From a virus (lineage: Duplodnaviria > Caudoviricetes): 47,434 nucleotides of DNA. The position numbers and the translations under genes were made by a program. The notes beneath the pieces were generated by a model, which did not search any database, was not told the DNA's origin, and saw only the letters and a program-made list of their open reading frames with translations. Shown here piece after piece: positions 10,044-19,351 of the stretch (position 1 is its first letter; each line of letters opens with the position of its first letter). The stretch covers positions 1-47,434 of IMG/VR virus record IMGVR_UViG_3300027874_000016. One strand, written 5' to 3'.

Positions 10044-10994
10044 GTGGCGCCCTCCGCCCCCCTGCCCCGGGTGCTCCTGGGCCTCCCGTACCACCGCGCG
10101 GTCGAGGGGCCCTTCTTCCAGTCGGTGGCGTCGCTCCTGGAGGACTGCCAGCGCGAGACGCTGCGCCTCCAGGTGGCGTACGCCCCGAACACGGCCATCC
10201 ACCTCGCCCGGGATTCCCTGGTGCGGTACTTCCTGGCCGGGGACTGGGACTTCCTGGTGATGATCGACAGCGACCAGGTGTTCCACTCCTCGGTCGTGCG
10301 CCGCCTGGTGGCGTGGGGGAAGCCCCTGGTGGCCCCGGTCATCGTCGCCCGTAAGGGCCCGCCCAAGCCCGTGGCCTACGCCCGGGAGGGCAAGAGCCTG
10401 CAGGGCGACGTGTACTACGAGCCCCTGTCCGAGGAGGTCTGGGCGTACCTCAGCCAATTCACGCCCGAGCGCCTGCGCACCGCCTCCGTCTGCCTGCCCC
10501 TGACCGCCGACCGGCCCCCGCTGATGGAGGGGCTGCCCGAGGCGGTCGTCGCCGGCCTGGGGGATCCCCTGCTGGCGGTGGACGCCGTGGGCTTCGGGAT
10601 GGTCTGCCTCTCCCGGGAGGCCGCCGAGGCGGTCGACCCCGGGCCGGACGACCGGTACTTCGACTGGGAGCGGGGCGGGGAAGACCTGAGCTTCTGCCGG
10701 CGCCTGCTCGCGGCGGGCTACGAGGGGTTCGGCGTGGGGCCGGCGAAGGGCAAGGGGCGGGGCATCTTCGTCGACCGGGGGGCCCTCGTGGGCCACCTGT
10801 CCGAGTACGCCCGGGGGGCGATCGACCTCGGCCGGTACCTCTACGAGCGGTTCGACCCGCCTCCCCCGCCCAACGGGCACGCCGGCGACCTGGCCGAACA
10901 CCTGGCGGAGGACGGGGCCCGGCCCACGCCCGGCCCCTGGCGGGACGAGGTGCTGCCCGGCGCCGCGGGCGCGCCCGGGCCGGGGGTCGGGTGA
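10044..10994 (+). CDS. GT-A fold (family 2-like) glycosyltransferase
   Basis: ARDSLV..DFLVMIDSD (DxD motif), VDAVGFGMVCLSR, GGEDLSFCRR, VDRGALVGH. Confidence 0.8.
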   Translation: MAPSAPLPRVLLGLPYHRAVEGPFFQSVASLLEDCQRETLRLQVAYAPNTAIHLARDSLVRYFLAGDWDFLVMIDSDQVFHSSVVRRLVAWGKPLVAPVIVARKGPPKPVAYAREGKSLQGDVYYEPLSEEVWAYLSQFTPERLRTASVCLPLTADRPPLMEGLPEAVVAGLGDPLLAVDAVGFGMVCLSREAAEAVDPGPDDRYFDWERGGEDLSFCRRLLAAGYEGFGVGPAKGKGRGIFVDRGALVGHLSEYARGAIDLGRYLYERFDPPPPPNGHAGDLAEHLAEDGARPTPGPWRDEVLPGAAGAPGPGVG

Positions 10995-11950
10995 TGGTCG
11001 TCCCGGGCCCCGCCCAGGCGCAGGACGCCCTCTCCCTGGTGCTCCAGGCGGCGGGCCACGGGCTCCAGGGGGACATGGCTCTCTACCAAGGGACGGTCTA
11101 CACCGGCTCCGCGACCCAACTCCAAGACCGCGACCTGATGACGGGGATCACCGACCAGTCGTGGCGCCGGGCGTGGCTGCTCTTCCTGGACGGGGGCAAC
11201 GCCGGCCAGGAGCGGTTCATCCAGACCGTGGACGGCCAGCAGGGGCTCCTGCGCTGGGGCAACGCCCTGGACAACCCGCTCGCGGCCGGGGCCCGGTACG
11301 TGATCTTCCGGGACTACCGCTTCGCCCAGTGGCTGGCCTGGCTGAACGAGACCACCCGCAACATCCACTTCCCCCTGGACGTGTACCTGCCCTACCAGGA
11401 CGGCCAGACCCTCCGTTACACCATGCCCGACCCCATCCGCCGGGCGGGCTGGCTGATGGACGTGCTGGTGGGCCCGGCCAACGTCGCCTACACCAGCCCG
11501 GAGGGCCGGGAGGCCCGCTGGTACCGGGTCAACCCCGCCAACATCGAGGGCGACCTGTACCTGGTGCTGAGCCGGCCGATCAGCCAGTCCCAGCAGTTGC
11601 TGCTGCGGGCCAAGCCCCCCTTCGCCTACGAAGACCAGACCCCGTACACCGACCTGCACTCGGTGCTGTGGGGGCCCGCCGTCGGGGGGCAGCCCGGCCT
11701 GCCCGTGGCCCCCCGGGCCCTGGTGCCCCCCACCCGGCTCTTCGTGCTGGGCACGGTCTGGCGCTCGCTGCAGCAGAAGGTCACCAACATGACGGGGCAG
11801 CCCCGGGCGCTCTGGCAGCAGAACTTAGAAAGGTGCGCCCGGCAGTACGCCCAGGCCTGCGGCGAGTGGGGGATCAAGGAGGTGGGCCGGGAGGTGGGGT
11901 ACGGGACGGACTGGTTCCCGCAATCGACGCAAGGGTGGACGTTGCCGTGA
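10991..11950 (+). CDS. Virion structural protein, putative head-tail adaptor
   Basis: Coupled (GTGA overlap) 319-aa ORF between the head genes and the nozzle-like gene. Position only. Confidence 0.45.
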   Translation: MMVVPGPAQAQDALSLVLQAAGHGLQGDMALYQGTVYTGSATQLQDRDLMTGITDQSWRRAWLLFLDGGNAGQERFIQTVDGQQGLLRWGNALDNPLAAGARYVIFRDYRFAQWLAWLNETTRNIHFPLDVYLPYQDGQTLRYTMPDPIRRAGWLMDVLVGPANVAYTSPEGREARWYRVNPANIEGDLYLVLSRPISQSQQLLLRAKPPFAYEDQTPYTDLHSVLWGPAVGGQPGLPVAPRALVPPTRLFVLGTVWRSLQQKVTNMTGQPRALWQQNLERCARQYAQACGEWGIKEVGREVGYGTDWFPQSTQGWTLP

Positions 11951-12252
11951 CGCCCCTGGCCCTGCGTTGGACGGTGGTGACCGTGACGGGCCAGGCGGTC
12001 AACCGGCCCTGCCGGCTCTACTACGCCCGCCTCGCCGCCACCACCAGCGGGGCCCAGGTGGCCACGGCCGTGCTCCACGACGACGGCACCGCCAACCAGG
12101 CGGGCCCGCCCCTGCTGGCCCTCATGACGACGACCAACACCGGCCCGGACGACTGGCCCCGCATCCCCGTCTCGCTCAACTTCCAGAAGGGCATCGACGT
12201 GGTCATGGTCGGTAGCAACGTGGGCCTCTTCCTCGGTTGGGAGACCTCCTGA
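11947..12252 (+). CDS. Small beta-rich virion protein
   Basis: GTGA overlap with the upstream stop and TGATG overlap with the downstream start. GC3-rich codons (VTPLALRWTVV...GLFLGWETS). Confidence 0.55.
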   Translation: MTPLALRWTVVTVTGQAVNRPCRLYYARLAATTSGAQVATAVLHDDGTANQAGPPLLALMTTTNTGPDDWPRIPVSLNFQKGIDVVMVGSNVGLFLGWETS

Positions 12253-14435
12253 TGCTGCCCGGCAACAGCGGGATGCTCAGCCAGCCGGGGTACGTGCAGC
12301 TTGGCCCGCTGTACTACCGGGTGGCGATCGACAACAAGGGGGCGCCCCTGTACCGGCAGCGCCCCGCCCCCTTCTACCCCGCCCAGGTCAACCAGGCGGA
12401 CATGGGGGAGGCCCAGGTCTCCCCGGACGGCCGGCTGCCCTTCAGCCTGCGCGACCTCTCCGGGGGCTCCGGGCTGGCCCAGCAGCCCCTGGTCGGGGAC
12501 TTCAACCGCTTCGACCGCTGCGGGGACGCGGAGGGCGAGGGGGTGGACGCCACCCTGGCCCCGGACGGGCCCCTGATCCTGGCCGGCAAGCTCTGGGTGC
12601 CCACCATCCCCTCGGTGGTGCCGGACGGCCACCTGGCCGGGGTGCTGTGGCACGGCGGGTGGGCCGAGGCCTACCTCAGCCAGGGCTCCCACGTCTTCGC
12701 CACGGACGGCACGACCCTCGCCCACCGGGGGACGCTGCCCGCCCACGCCACGGACGGGATCACCGCGTTCCTGGGCACGGGCGACGTGACGGGGACGGAG
12801 GACTGGTACCAGCCCTGCGGGTACGGCACGCCCTTGCAGCGATCCACCAACGGGGGCGGCTCCTGGAGCGCCTGCCTGGCGACGGGGGGCCTGACCGGGG
12901 GCGTCCAGTCGATGGTGGAGCTAGACGGGGAGTGCGTCGTGGCGATGAAGTCCCCCCGCCTGGGGAACGCCATGGTCGCCGTCTTCGACGACGGGGGCAA
13001 CGCCCCGACGCTGTTCAACGTGATCGACCCGATCGGGGACGCCGCGATCGACATCAGCCGGCTGGTGGTGTTCAACGGGCGGGTGCTGGTGCTCAAGGAT
13101 CGGGAGGGGGTCTACCTCCTGTCCGGCGACCGGCGCACCCTGGAGGAGGAGTTGTTCCCCGAGCTTCGGGGGGAGCGCCTCTACTACGAGGGGGTGACCG
13201 TCTGGCGGGGGATCCTCTGGCTGCCGACCGGCGCCGGGGTGTACGCCATCAGCCCGGCGGGCGGGGGCTTTGCCCTGGAGAAGGCGGGGCCCACGGAGAA
13301 CGAGACCAGCAGCCTGGCCCCCCGGGCGCCCCGGGGCCCGGTCACCGCCCTGGCCGGGGACGCGCACAACCTCTACGCCTTCCGGGAGAACCCCCAGGGG
13401 CCTTCCTGGGTGTACAAGGCCAACGTGCTCGTCCAGGGGGGGCAGGCCAAGACTACCTGGTTCCCCTTCGGGCAGCAGGCGGACTACGCCCGGTGCCGGG
13501 TGATGGCGTACGTCGCCCCCTGCCCGGTGGGCGCGGACGCCGCCGACGCGGACGCCCCGCGCCTGCTGTTCGACCGCCAGACGTACTTCGCCGCCGAGCC
13601 GAACCCCCCGGTGGGGGAGCCGGACACCTTCGCCTTCGGCTGGTACCACCTCCCGGGCCAGGGGCGCGACCCCCGGGCCGACGCGGACTACCCCTACGCC
13701 CCGGCGGGCACGCTGTACTACAGCCGGCTGCTGGCGCGCTTCCCGGCGATCAACAAGGCCTGGTACAGCCTGACGCCCCTGTGCGCGCCCCTCGACCGCA
13801 AGCTCGACGGGTACACGCAGACGGGGGCGCAGACGATCCGCCTGCGGTGGAAGCTCGACACCGGCGTCCCCGACCCCTCCGGGCAGCCCTTCGGCTACAC
13901 CGAGGGGCCCCTCCAGCGCAGCGGGGTGGGCGCCAAGAACCACCTGGTGCCCCCGCTGTACGGGCGGGGCTTCGACTGCGGGATCCGCCTGACGACGGGC
14001 GACCCGACGACGACGCCCCAGGTGTACTCCGTGACCGCCGAGTACGACCTGCGCCCCACGCCCGTCTGGCGCCACGAGATGACGCTCGACCTCTCCAGCG
14101 GGGCCTACGCCCCCTCGGGCTCCTCGGGCTGGGGCGACCCGGAGGTGCCCAGCCTGGCCCTGAAGACCCTGCGGGGCCTGGCCGGCGCCTCCGGGGCCCT
14201 CGTGCTGACGGACGAGTGGGGCATCGCCTACGACGTGTCCGTGCCCGTGGACGGCATCAGCCTGCGGGCGGCGAGCGCGGGCGAGGCCGGCTACTCCGGG
14301 GAGATCCCCCTGCTGGTGGACGTGGTGGCGGTGGAGCAGCGGGCCCGCGACCAGGGCACCTGGCGCACCGTCTCCCTGTACACCTGGCGCCAGATCAGCC
14401 AGCACTCCTGGCAAGACCTATTGGAGTTGCAGTGA
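12252..14435 (+). CDS. Putative tail nozzle / tubular protein B-like beta-propeller protein
   Basis: ~727 aa with propeller-blade-like repeats (SRLVVFNGRVLVLK, VTVWRGILWL, VTALAGDAHNLYAF). TGATG-coupled start. Confidence 0.5.
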   Translation: MLPGNSGMLSQPGYVQLGPLYYRVAIDNKGAPLYRQRPAPFYPAQVNQADMGEAQVSPDGRLPFSLRDLSGGSGLAQQPLVGDFNRFDRCGDAEGEGVDATLAPDGPLILAGKLWVPTIPSVVPDGHLAGVLWHGGWAEAYLSQGSHVFATDGTTLAHRGTLPAHATDGITAFLGTGDVTGTEDWYQPCGYGTPLQRSTNGGGSWSACLATGGLTGGVQSMVELDGECVVAMKSPRLGNAMVAVFDDGGNAPTLFNVIDPIGDAAIDISRLVVFNGRVLVLKDREGVYLLSGDRRTLEEELFPELRGERLYYEGVTVWRGILWLPTGAGVYAISPAGGGFALEKAGPTENETSSLAPRAPRGPVTALAGDAHNLYAFRENPQGPSWVYKANVLVQGGQAKTTWFPFGQQADYARCRVMAYVAPCPVGADAADADAPRLLFDRQTYFAAEPNPPVGEPDTFAFGWYHLPGQGRDPRADADYPYAPAGTLYYSRLLARFPAINKAWYSLTPLCAPLDRKLDGYTQTGAQTIRLRWKLDTGVPDPSGQPFGYTEGPLQRSGVGAKNHLVPPLYGRGFDCGIRLTTGDPTTTPQVYSVTAEYDLRPTPVWRHEMTLDLSSGAYAPSGSSGWGDPEVPSLALKTLRGLAGASGALVLTDEWGIAYDVSVPVDGISLRAASAGEAGYSGEIPLLVDVVAVEQRARDQGTWRTVSLYTWRQISQHSWQDLLELQ

Positions 14436-15508
14436 TGGTCGGCGTCGAGCCCCCGCCCGTCGGCATGCCCCCGGCGCCCAGCGCGCTGGACGCGCTCGTC
14501 CAGCAGGCCGTGGCCAAGGCCCTGGCCCTGCCCACCGCGGCGTCGGTCACGCCCCTCATGTCGATCACGCCCCTCCTGGGCCTGAAGATGCCCTCCCTGG
14601 ACGACCCGGCGCTCGTGACCGACCTGAACGACAACTTCCTGGTGCTGGACAACGCCGTCACGACCACCGCGTCGGTCACCCTGACCAACAAGACGATCGA
14701 CCACGGGATCCTGATCGTGCCGGCGATCGACGACTTCAGCCTGGCCCAGCACGCCCACCAGACCCCCGCCGGCGGGGGCGCCCTGGACGGGGCGGCGATC
14801 GCCACCGGCACCGTCGGCACGGGGAACCTGGTGCGGGAGAGCGCGGTCGGGGGCGGGCCGGGGACGATCGTGGATCAGCCGGTGCTGCTGAACCCGGCGG
14901 CCCGGGACACCCTCTTCTTCGGCCCCGTGGACACCGCCCAGGCCCTCGACACGGCCCTCCAGCGCAGCGGGCCGAACGCCCTCGCCCTGGGGGGCAGCCC
15001 GGTGCTCACCCAGACCCTGGGGGACGCCCGGTACTTGCGCGCCGGCGTGCCCACGGGGGGCGGGACGGGGGGCAAGACCCTGGGCGCCGAGGGGCTCACC
15101 CCCGTCTCCGGCTGCGACCCGGAGTTCCGCCAGAGCGGGACGGAGCGGTACGAGTTGGTCTTCCAGGCGGGGGCCAACGGGTACGCCTCGATCAACCTGA
15201 CGATCCCCCAGGCGTTCGCGGGGGGCGACATCACCTTCCGGTACTGGACGTGGAGCCCCACCACCCAGTCGGCCACCTGGCGCCTGGGGGGCGCCGCCCT
15301 GGCGGACGCCAGCAGCGCGGACACCGGCTGGGCCGCCATCGCTGACCGGGTCGTGCCCTACACGGCGAACCTCATGACCCACCACGACCACGTCTGGGCC
15401 GCCGTCCCGGCGTCGTACGCCGGGTACCTCTGCACGATGTACGTCCAGTGCCTGGCCCCGCCCGGCGCCACCCGCCTCCGGGCGGTCGACGTGCGGTTCG
15501 GGAGCTAG
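14435..15508 (+). CDS. Putative tail fibre/spike protein
   Basis: ATG overlaps the upstream TGA. Contains LNDNFLVLD, TLTNKTI and LGDARYL fibre-type motifs and a C-terminal beta-sandwich. Confidence 0.55.
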   Translation: MVGVEPPPVGMPPAPSALDALVQQAVAKALALPTAASVTPLMSITPLLGLKMPSLDDPALVTDLNDNFLVLDNAVTTTASVTLTNKTIDHGILIVPAIDDFSLAQHAHQTPAGGGALDGAAIATGTVGTGNLVRESAVGGGPGTIVDQPVLLNPAARDTLFFGPVDTAQALDTALQRSGPNALALGGSPVLTQTLGDARYLRAGVPTGGGTGGKTLGAEGLTPVSGCDPEFRQSGTERYELVFQAGANGYASINLTIPQAFAGGDITFRYWTWSPTTQSATWRLGGAALADASSADTGWAAIADRVVPYTANLMTHHDHVWAAVPASYAGYLCTMYVQCLAPPGATRLRAVDVRFGS

Positions 15509-15510
15509 CG

Positions 15511-17298
15511 GTGCCCCTCCTGCGCCGCAGCCACTCCAACGGGGCCAACGGGTTCCTCTCGACCGCGGGGAACGCGACGATCGGCACCGGGCAGTGGACG
15601 CACATCGCCGTCAACGCCGGGCACACCCTGACGATCCAGCACGGGGCCGACGTGCGTACGGGCAACATGGAGGTGTACGGGGCCGTCGTCGTGCAGACGG
15701 CCGCCGTCAACGGGGCGGGCAACGGGGGCGCCGGGGCCGCCTCGGGCGCCGGCGGGGGAGGCGGGGGCGGGGGCGGGGCCTACTACGGCGCCGGCGCCGC
15801 GGGGGCCGCGGGCGGGGGCGCCAACCCCGGCGGGGGCGGGGGCGGCGGGGCCCAGTACGAGGCCCTGGCCAACGTCCCCCTGGACAACCCGGTGGACAAC
15901 ACCTGTGCGGGGGGCAACGGCGGGGCGGGCGGGGCCGGGGGCGGGAGCCCCCTCGACCTGGGGACGGGCAGCGGGGGCGACCAGACCGCCACCGGCGGCT
16001 ACGACTGGAACAACGCCACCTGGGACTACCACACCCTGACCGTCCCGGCCGGGGTGACGGCCCACTGCACCGGGGTGGGGGTGATCCGCTGCACCGGCGA
16101 CCTGATCCTCGACGGCGTGATCGACGGCTCCTGGCGGGGCTACGGGGGCGGGGCCGGGGGCGCGAGCAACACCCCCAACGCCACCCCGGCCCCCGCGGGC
16201 GCGGGGCCGGCCCCGGGGCAGGGCGGGCAGTCCCGGCAGAACGCCGCCGGCTCCGGCGGGGGCCCCGGCGGGGGCGGGGGCGCGGGCCACGGGGGCGCGG
16301 GCGGCGCGGGGGGCGAGGGCTACAACAACCCCGTCGTCGTCCACGGGGGCGCCGGGGGCCCGGCCTACAACGCCGTCTCCGCCGCCTCGCTCGCCGCCGG
16401 CTCGGGGGGCGGGGGCGGCGGGGGCCAGAACAGCCCCAACAACCAGTTCGTGGGGGGCAACGGCGGGGCGGGCGGGGCCAGCCTGCGCATCGTCTGCAAC
16501 CGGCTGCTGGGGGCCGGGCGGATCATCCTGGACGGCCAGCCGGGGGCCGCCGGCCAGGGGCGCTCGGGCGCCAACGAGGGCTCCGGGGGCGGGGGCGGGG
16601 GCGCCGGGGGCCACTGCCGCATCGAGGCCAACGTGATGCAGTGCTCCGTCCAGGTGTACGCCCGGGGCGGGCGGGGCGGGGACTGCGACTTCGCCACCAC
16701 GTACGGGGGCAACCCCGGGGGCTCCGGGGGCGGGGGCGGGGGCGGCCACATCTACGTCAGCTTCGGCACGAACGCCGGCTTCCTGACGGTGGCGGACGCC
16801 TCGCCCGGCCAGCCGGGCTCCCTCAACCCCAACAGCGGCGTCAACAACGCCGGCCAGGGCGCCGCCGGGGCCGGGGGCCAGTGGTCGTACGCGGCCTACG
16901 CCCCGGTCAGCGCGGGCGCCGGGGGAGGCGGGGCGGGCGGGGGCGCCGCCAAGCTCAGCGGCACGGCCCTCTACGTCGCCTCCGGGGGCATCATCCACGC
17001 CCCGGGCGGGGCCGGGGCCGGGGGCGCCGCCACGGCCGGCGTCGGGGGCGGCGGGGGCGGCGGGGGGAGCGGGGGCTCCGTCTGGCTCTGCTTCGAACGG
17101 GTCTCCGGCGGGGGCGCGGTGCAGGCCGGCGGCGGCGGGGGCGGGCCCGGGGGCGCGGGCGCCCAGGGCGGCGGGGGCACCGGCGGGGCCGGCTCCTGGG
17201 GCAGAACCAGGGCCGACTACTACGCCCCCTACGGCGTGGCCTGGAACACGGGCCTGGAGGCCGCCTACCGCAGGCGGCGCATCGCGGGAGCGATCTGA
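15511..17298 (+). CDS. Glycine-rich tail/adhesin protein (polyglycine-II/beta-helix type)
   Basis: GGGAG RBS and GTG start. Repeated GGGGGGAGG tracts alternate with short beta strands (LRIVC, CRIEA, IYVSF, VWLCF). Confidence 0.65.
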   Translation: MPLLRRSHSNGANGFLSTAGNATIGTGQWTHIAVNAGHTLTIQHGADVRTGNMEVYGAVVVQTAAVNGAGNGGAGAASGAGGGGGGGGGAYYGAGAAGAAGGGANPGGGGGGGAQYEALANVPLDNPVDNTCAGGNGGAGGAGGGSPLDLGTGSGGDQTATGGYDWNNATWDYHTLTVPAGVTAHCTGVGVIRCTGDLILDGVIDGSWRGYGGGAGGASNTPNATPAPAGAGPAPGQGGQSRQNAAGSGGGPGGGGGAGHGGAGGAGGEGYNNPVVVHGGAGGPAYNAVSAASLAAGSGGGGGGGQNSPNNQFVGGNGGAGGASLRIVCNRLLGAGRIILDGQPGAAGQGRSGANEGSGGGGGGAGGHCRIEANVMQCSVQVYARGGRGGDCDFATTYGGNPGGSGGGGGGGHIYVSFGTNAGFLTVADASPGQPGSLNPNSGVNNAGQGAAGAGGQWSYAAYAPVSAGAGGGGAGGGAAKLSGTALYVASGGIIHAPGGAGAGGAATAGVGGGGGGGGSGGSVWLCFERVSGGGAVQAGGGGGGPGGAGAQGGGGTGGAGSWGRTRADYYAPYGVAWNTGLEAAYRRRRIAGAI

Positions 17299-18905
17299 TG
17301 ACGACGACGAACGGCCGGCCGATCGTCAACGCCCTGGGCGCCTCGAACGGCGCCCCCGGGGCCCGGGCTGCGCAGGCCCCGAGTGGGCTCGTGGCCACGC
17401 CCCCGCCGGACACGCCGTTCTCCCAGGGGGGCAAGCCCTGGACGATCCGCCAGCGGTCGCTCTACGACGCGATCCTCGACCTGCGGGCCTACATGCAGTG
17501 GCTGGACATCCAGGTCAACGGCTCGACCGGGCTGCTCCCGCCCCCGGACTACCTGACCAAGACCCAGGCCGACGCCACCTACCTGACGCCGGCCCAGGGG
17601 GACGCCCGGTACATGAGCCTCGGGGCCCCGGTCTACACGAAAGACCAGGCCGACCAGCGGTACGTGCAGAACAGCTTCGTGGGCCAGCCGGGGGGCATCG
17701 CCCCGCTCGCCCCCGACGGGACGATCCCCGCCCAGTACCTCCCCCTGATCGCCCTCACCCAGACGTTCCTCGCCGCCAACCAGGCCGCGATGCTGGCCCT
17801 CCCCGCCCAGCAAGGGGATCTCGCCATCAGGGGAGACCAGAACAGCACGTACATCCTGCGGGGCACCGACCCCACCGTGCTGGGCAACTGGCAGCAGTTG
17901 CTCACCCCGCCCTCGGTCTCCAGCGTGAACGGGAAGACGGGGGCGGTGGTGCTCGTCCCGGCGGACATCGGGGCGGTCAGCACCGCCGACGCCGACGTGC
18001 GGTACGTCCTCAAGGCCGGCGACACCTTCACCGGCGACGTGACCATCCAGGATCAACTCAACCTGGTGGGCGGCCACGCCGGCATCTGGATGCGGTACGA
18101 CACGGACGGCCCCTCCGCCTACCGGGTCTACCTGGAGGCCACCACCGGGGGCGGAGAACTGGGCTTCGGGCCCGGGGGCACGTCCTCGACCGACACCGTG
18201 TTGCAGCGCCAGGCGCCCGGGCTGCTCTGGGCCGAGAGCGCCTTGCAGGCCAGTTCCTGGCTGGGGGTCTGGTCGCAGGGCGGGTACGTGGAGATCGACG
18301 CCGCCAACAGCGCCCGGACGGGCGCCCTGCGCCTGGCCCCCGGGCAGTCCGTGGCGTGGCGGAACCAGGCCAAGACCGCCGACCTGCTCCTGACGACCAA
18401 CGCCACCGACCAGTTGACGTGGCAGAACCGGGCGATCACCGTCTCCGCGCAGAGCGGGAACGCGATCGTCTGGAACGCGGACGGGTTCTACGCCCCGCCG
18501 GGGGGCGGGGGCAGCTACCTCCCGCTCACCGGGGGCACGCTCACCGGCAACGTGGAGGTCAACACGCCCAGCACGCCGATGTGGTTCCAGGTGCGCTACG
18601 GCAGCGAGCCCGAGCCCCGCGCCCGCTTGAACTACGACCGCGTCGAGTTCGGGCCGGGGGCGACGCCGACCGACGCCGCCCTCCTGCGCATCACCACCGG
18701 CGTCCTGGGGGTCAACTGCCCGTTCCGCCCGTTCGCCCACGCTGCCTACGACCTGGGCTTCTCCAACCGGTACTGGAACAACTTCTGGACGACGAACGCG
18801 ACCTTCACCAACCCGCCCACCTACGGCACGACGCTGCAACCCAAGATCACCGTGAACGCGAGCGCCCCGTCCAGCCCGGCGACGGGCGACCTGTGGATCT
18901 GGTAG
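17298..18905 (+). CDS. Tail fibre protein
   Basis: TGATG-coupled. Fibre motifs VSSVNGKTGAVVL, YVLKAGDTFTG and YLPLTGGTLTG, ending APSSPATGDLWIW. Confidence 0.7.
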   Translation: MTTTNGRPIVNALGASNGAPGARAAQAPSGLVATPPPDTPFSQGGKPWTIRQRSLYDAILDLRAYMQWLDIQVNGSTGLLPPPDYLTKTQADATYLTPAQGDARYMSLGAPVYTKDQADQRYVQNSFVGQPGGIAPLAPDGTIPAQYLPLIALTQTFLAANQAAMLALPAQQGDLAIRGDQNSTYILRGTDPTVLGNWQQLLTPPSVSSVNGKTGAVVLVPADIGAVSTADADVRYVLKAGDTFTGDVTIQDQLNLVGGHAGIWMRYDTDGPSAYRVYLEATTGGGELGFGPGGTSSTDTVLQRQAPGLLWAESALQASSWLGVWSQGGYVEIDAANSARTGALRLAPGQSVAWRNQAKTADLLLTTNATDQLTWQNRAITVSAQSGNAIVWNADGFYAPPGGGGSYLPLTGGTLTGNVEVNTPSTPMWFQVRYGSEPEPRARLNYDRVEFGPGATPTDAALLRITTGVLGVNCPFRPFAHAAYDLGFSNRYWNNFWTTNATFTNPPTYGTTLQPKITVNASAPSSPATGDLWIW

Positions 18906-18914
18906 GAGGACACC

Positions 18915-19343
18915 ATGGCATCGGCACTCTGGGATCCCGGCCGGGAGGGCTTCTTGGCGGGGGAGATCGACTGGGACACCGCGGTGGTGAAGGCCTCCCT
19001 GGTGCGGGGCTACACCTTCACCGCGGCCCACAAGTTCGTCAGCGACGCCACGGGCGCCGGGGCCACCCTGGTGTCCACCTCGGCCGCGCTGGGCACCAAG
19101 ACCATCACCTCCGGCGTGGCGGACGCCGCCGACGTGACCTTCAGCGCCGTGCCCTCCGGCGCGGCGATCACCGCCATCTTCGTCTTCCAGTCGTCCGCCG
19201 TCACCGGCGGGGCCGACGTGGCCGCGACGGCGCAGCGCCTCATCGCCTTCATCGACACGGCGACCGGGTTGCCGGTCACCCCCAACGGGGGCGACATCAC
19301 GGTGGCCTGGGACAACGGCGCCAACCGCATCTTCAAGCTCTGA
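18915..19343 (+). CDS. Conserved phage tail-associated structural protein
   Basis: AGGAGG RBS. Motifs IDWDTAVVK, GVADAADVTF and GLPVTPNGGDITVAWDNGANRIFKL. Confidence 0.6.
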   Translation: MASALWDPGREGFLAGEIDWDTAVVKASLVRGYTFTAAHKFVSDATGAGATLVSTSAALGTKTITSGVADAADVTFSAVPSGAAITAIFVFQSSAVTGGADVAATAQRLIAFIDTATGLPVTPNGGDITVAWDNGANRIFKL

Positions 19344-19351
19344 GGTAGGGC

